Assembly (NCBI GenBank): GCA_904063045.1
Contig: CAJFCJ010000002.1
Location: 496,001 to 560,000, forward strand
Reading direction: 5' to 3'
Length of the DNA: 64,000 nt
Source: Dimorphilus gyrociliatus
Taxonomy: Eukaryota; Animalia; Annelida
The notes beneath the pieces were generated by a model. The model saw nothing but the letters and a program-made list of their open reading frames with translations. It ran no database searches and was not told where the DNA came from. Shown here piece after piece: positions 63,081-64,000 of the stretch (position 1 is the stretch's first letter; the number at the start of each line of letters is the position of its first letter). Both the position numbers and the translations under genes were made by a program.

Positions 63081-63918
63081 AGAAAAGTATGAGCTACTTT
63101 AAAATTACAATGCAAAAATTTTGAAATATTACATATATTGTTTGGATTTACCATAGTATTTTAAAGAATTACGATTTAATGTTAGATATAACTATATAAA
63201 TACTTAAAATAAAATTTAAAATATTTAATACCTTAAATTTTAAAGTATGTTTGATATGAAGTTGTGATGCTGTTTATTATCGATCGAATATCCTACTTGG
63301 TATATTTATCTCTCCAGAACGCCATTTCAGTTGTCTACTGCAAAGTGCTGCAATATACACAGGCGTCGTTAAGTCATTCCACAACTGTCCTGCAGATGGA
63401 GCAAACGACTTTCATTTAGGTGGCGTTAATAGTTGATCGACCATCAAATGCATTTTTTAATTTAGTTGTCACGTTTTTCCCAAAAGAAAAATGTCAACTA
63501 TTCTTAATCTACTTAGAGAGCCAAGAGAAAACCGTTGTTTGAAGTAACTCACCCCAATTAGATGATGATTCTATATCTTAAATATTTTTATAGAAAATAA
63601 AATTGTTAACGCCGGAGGGCAAGCTGTATAAGTCTGCGTCAGTCACAGATTTTACATAATTGACGAAGCCAGTAATACTTTCCTTTTACCACTTAAGAGT
63701 CTTTTAAAAAAAACTTTAGTTTTTTTATGATTATAATTTGGCAATAGAGTATAACGAGCGGGGAGTTTACAGCACGCTCTAAAATAAAGTCTTATCTTTT
63801 ATTTTCTTTTAAAATATAAGAGATGATTCTGAATATTTCCAACACTTTAAAACTTGTTACCGCTTAATTTAAAGGGTTGAAAATATTTGTAGGCGACGCA
63901 GCGAGCGTTATGTAGGTG

Positions 63919-63926
63919 TGACGTCA
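63919..63926. promoter_or_regulatory. Palindromic CRE (TGACGTCA) in a CpG-rich patch, possible promoter of a gene beyond the window
   Basis: Perfect TGACGTCA within a locally CpG-rich stretch (about 63890-63960). Motif match only. Confidence 0.3.
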
Positions 63927-64000
63927 AAATCGAGTGCCCAATCGTAGTTCTTTTTCAACCCACTTCAAATGACGCTTTACTGCATATTCTACGCACTAAA

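Noticed and set aside
63290-63420. Minus-strand KSFAPSAGQLWNDL resembling the C-terminus of CR1/L2 LINE ORF2 (SF...LWNxL)
   Set aside because: Very short similarity with an upstream in-frame stop, no RT motifs and no 3' tail. A repeat-library search would be needed.

Overview
AT-rich eukaryotic (animal, probably spiralian) genomic DNA with compact genes and mostly 45-75 nt GT-AG introns. Six genes could be reconstructed by hand. (1) A 4-repeat annexin (minus, 3409-5186). (2) A membrane-anchored tandem-domain protein tyrosine phosphatase with no apparent ectodomain (plus, 6142-9204). (3) A giant single-pass non-classical cadherin with about 80 EC repeats spanning 34 kb (plus, 9711-44039). (4) An 8-exon Rab-family GTPase with a long cysteine-rich tail, almost invisible in the ORF track (minus, 46450-47740). 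(5) An intronless FaNaC-like DEG/ENaC channel (plus, 50333-52183). (6) An SLC4A11-like transporter with a complex 5' exon region (minus, 54255-60482). The most striking object is the cadherin. Its ectodomain is built from a 6-domain module. One 8-exon, 635-codon copy of that module is tandemly triplicated at near-identity including introns (12669-22314), and this block alone is strongly CpG-depleted. No CRISPR array, rRNA, tRNA or convincing mobile element was seen. All counts are manual and approximate.
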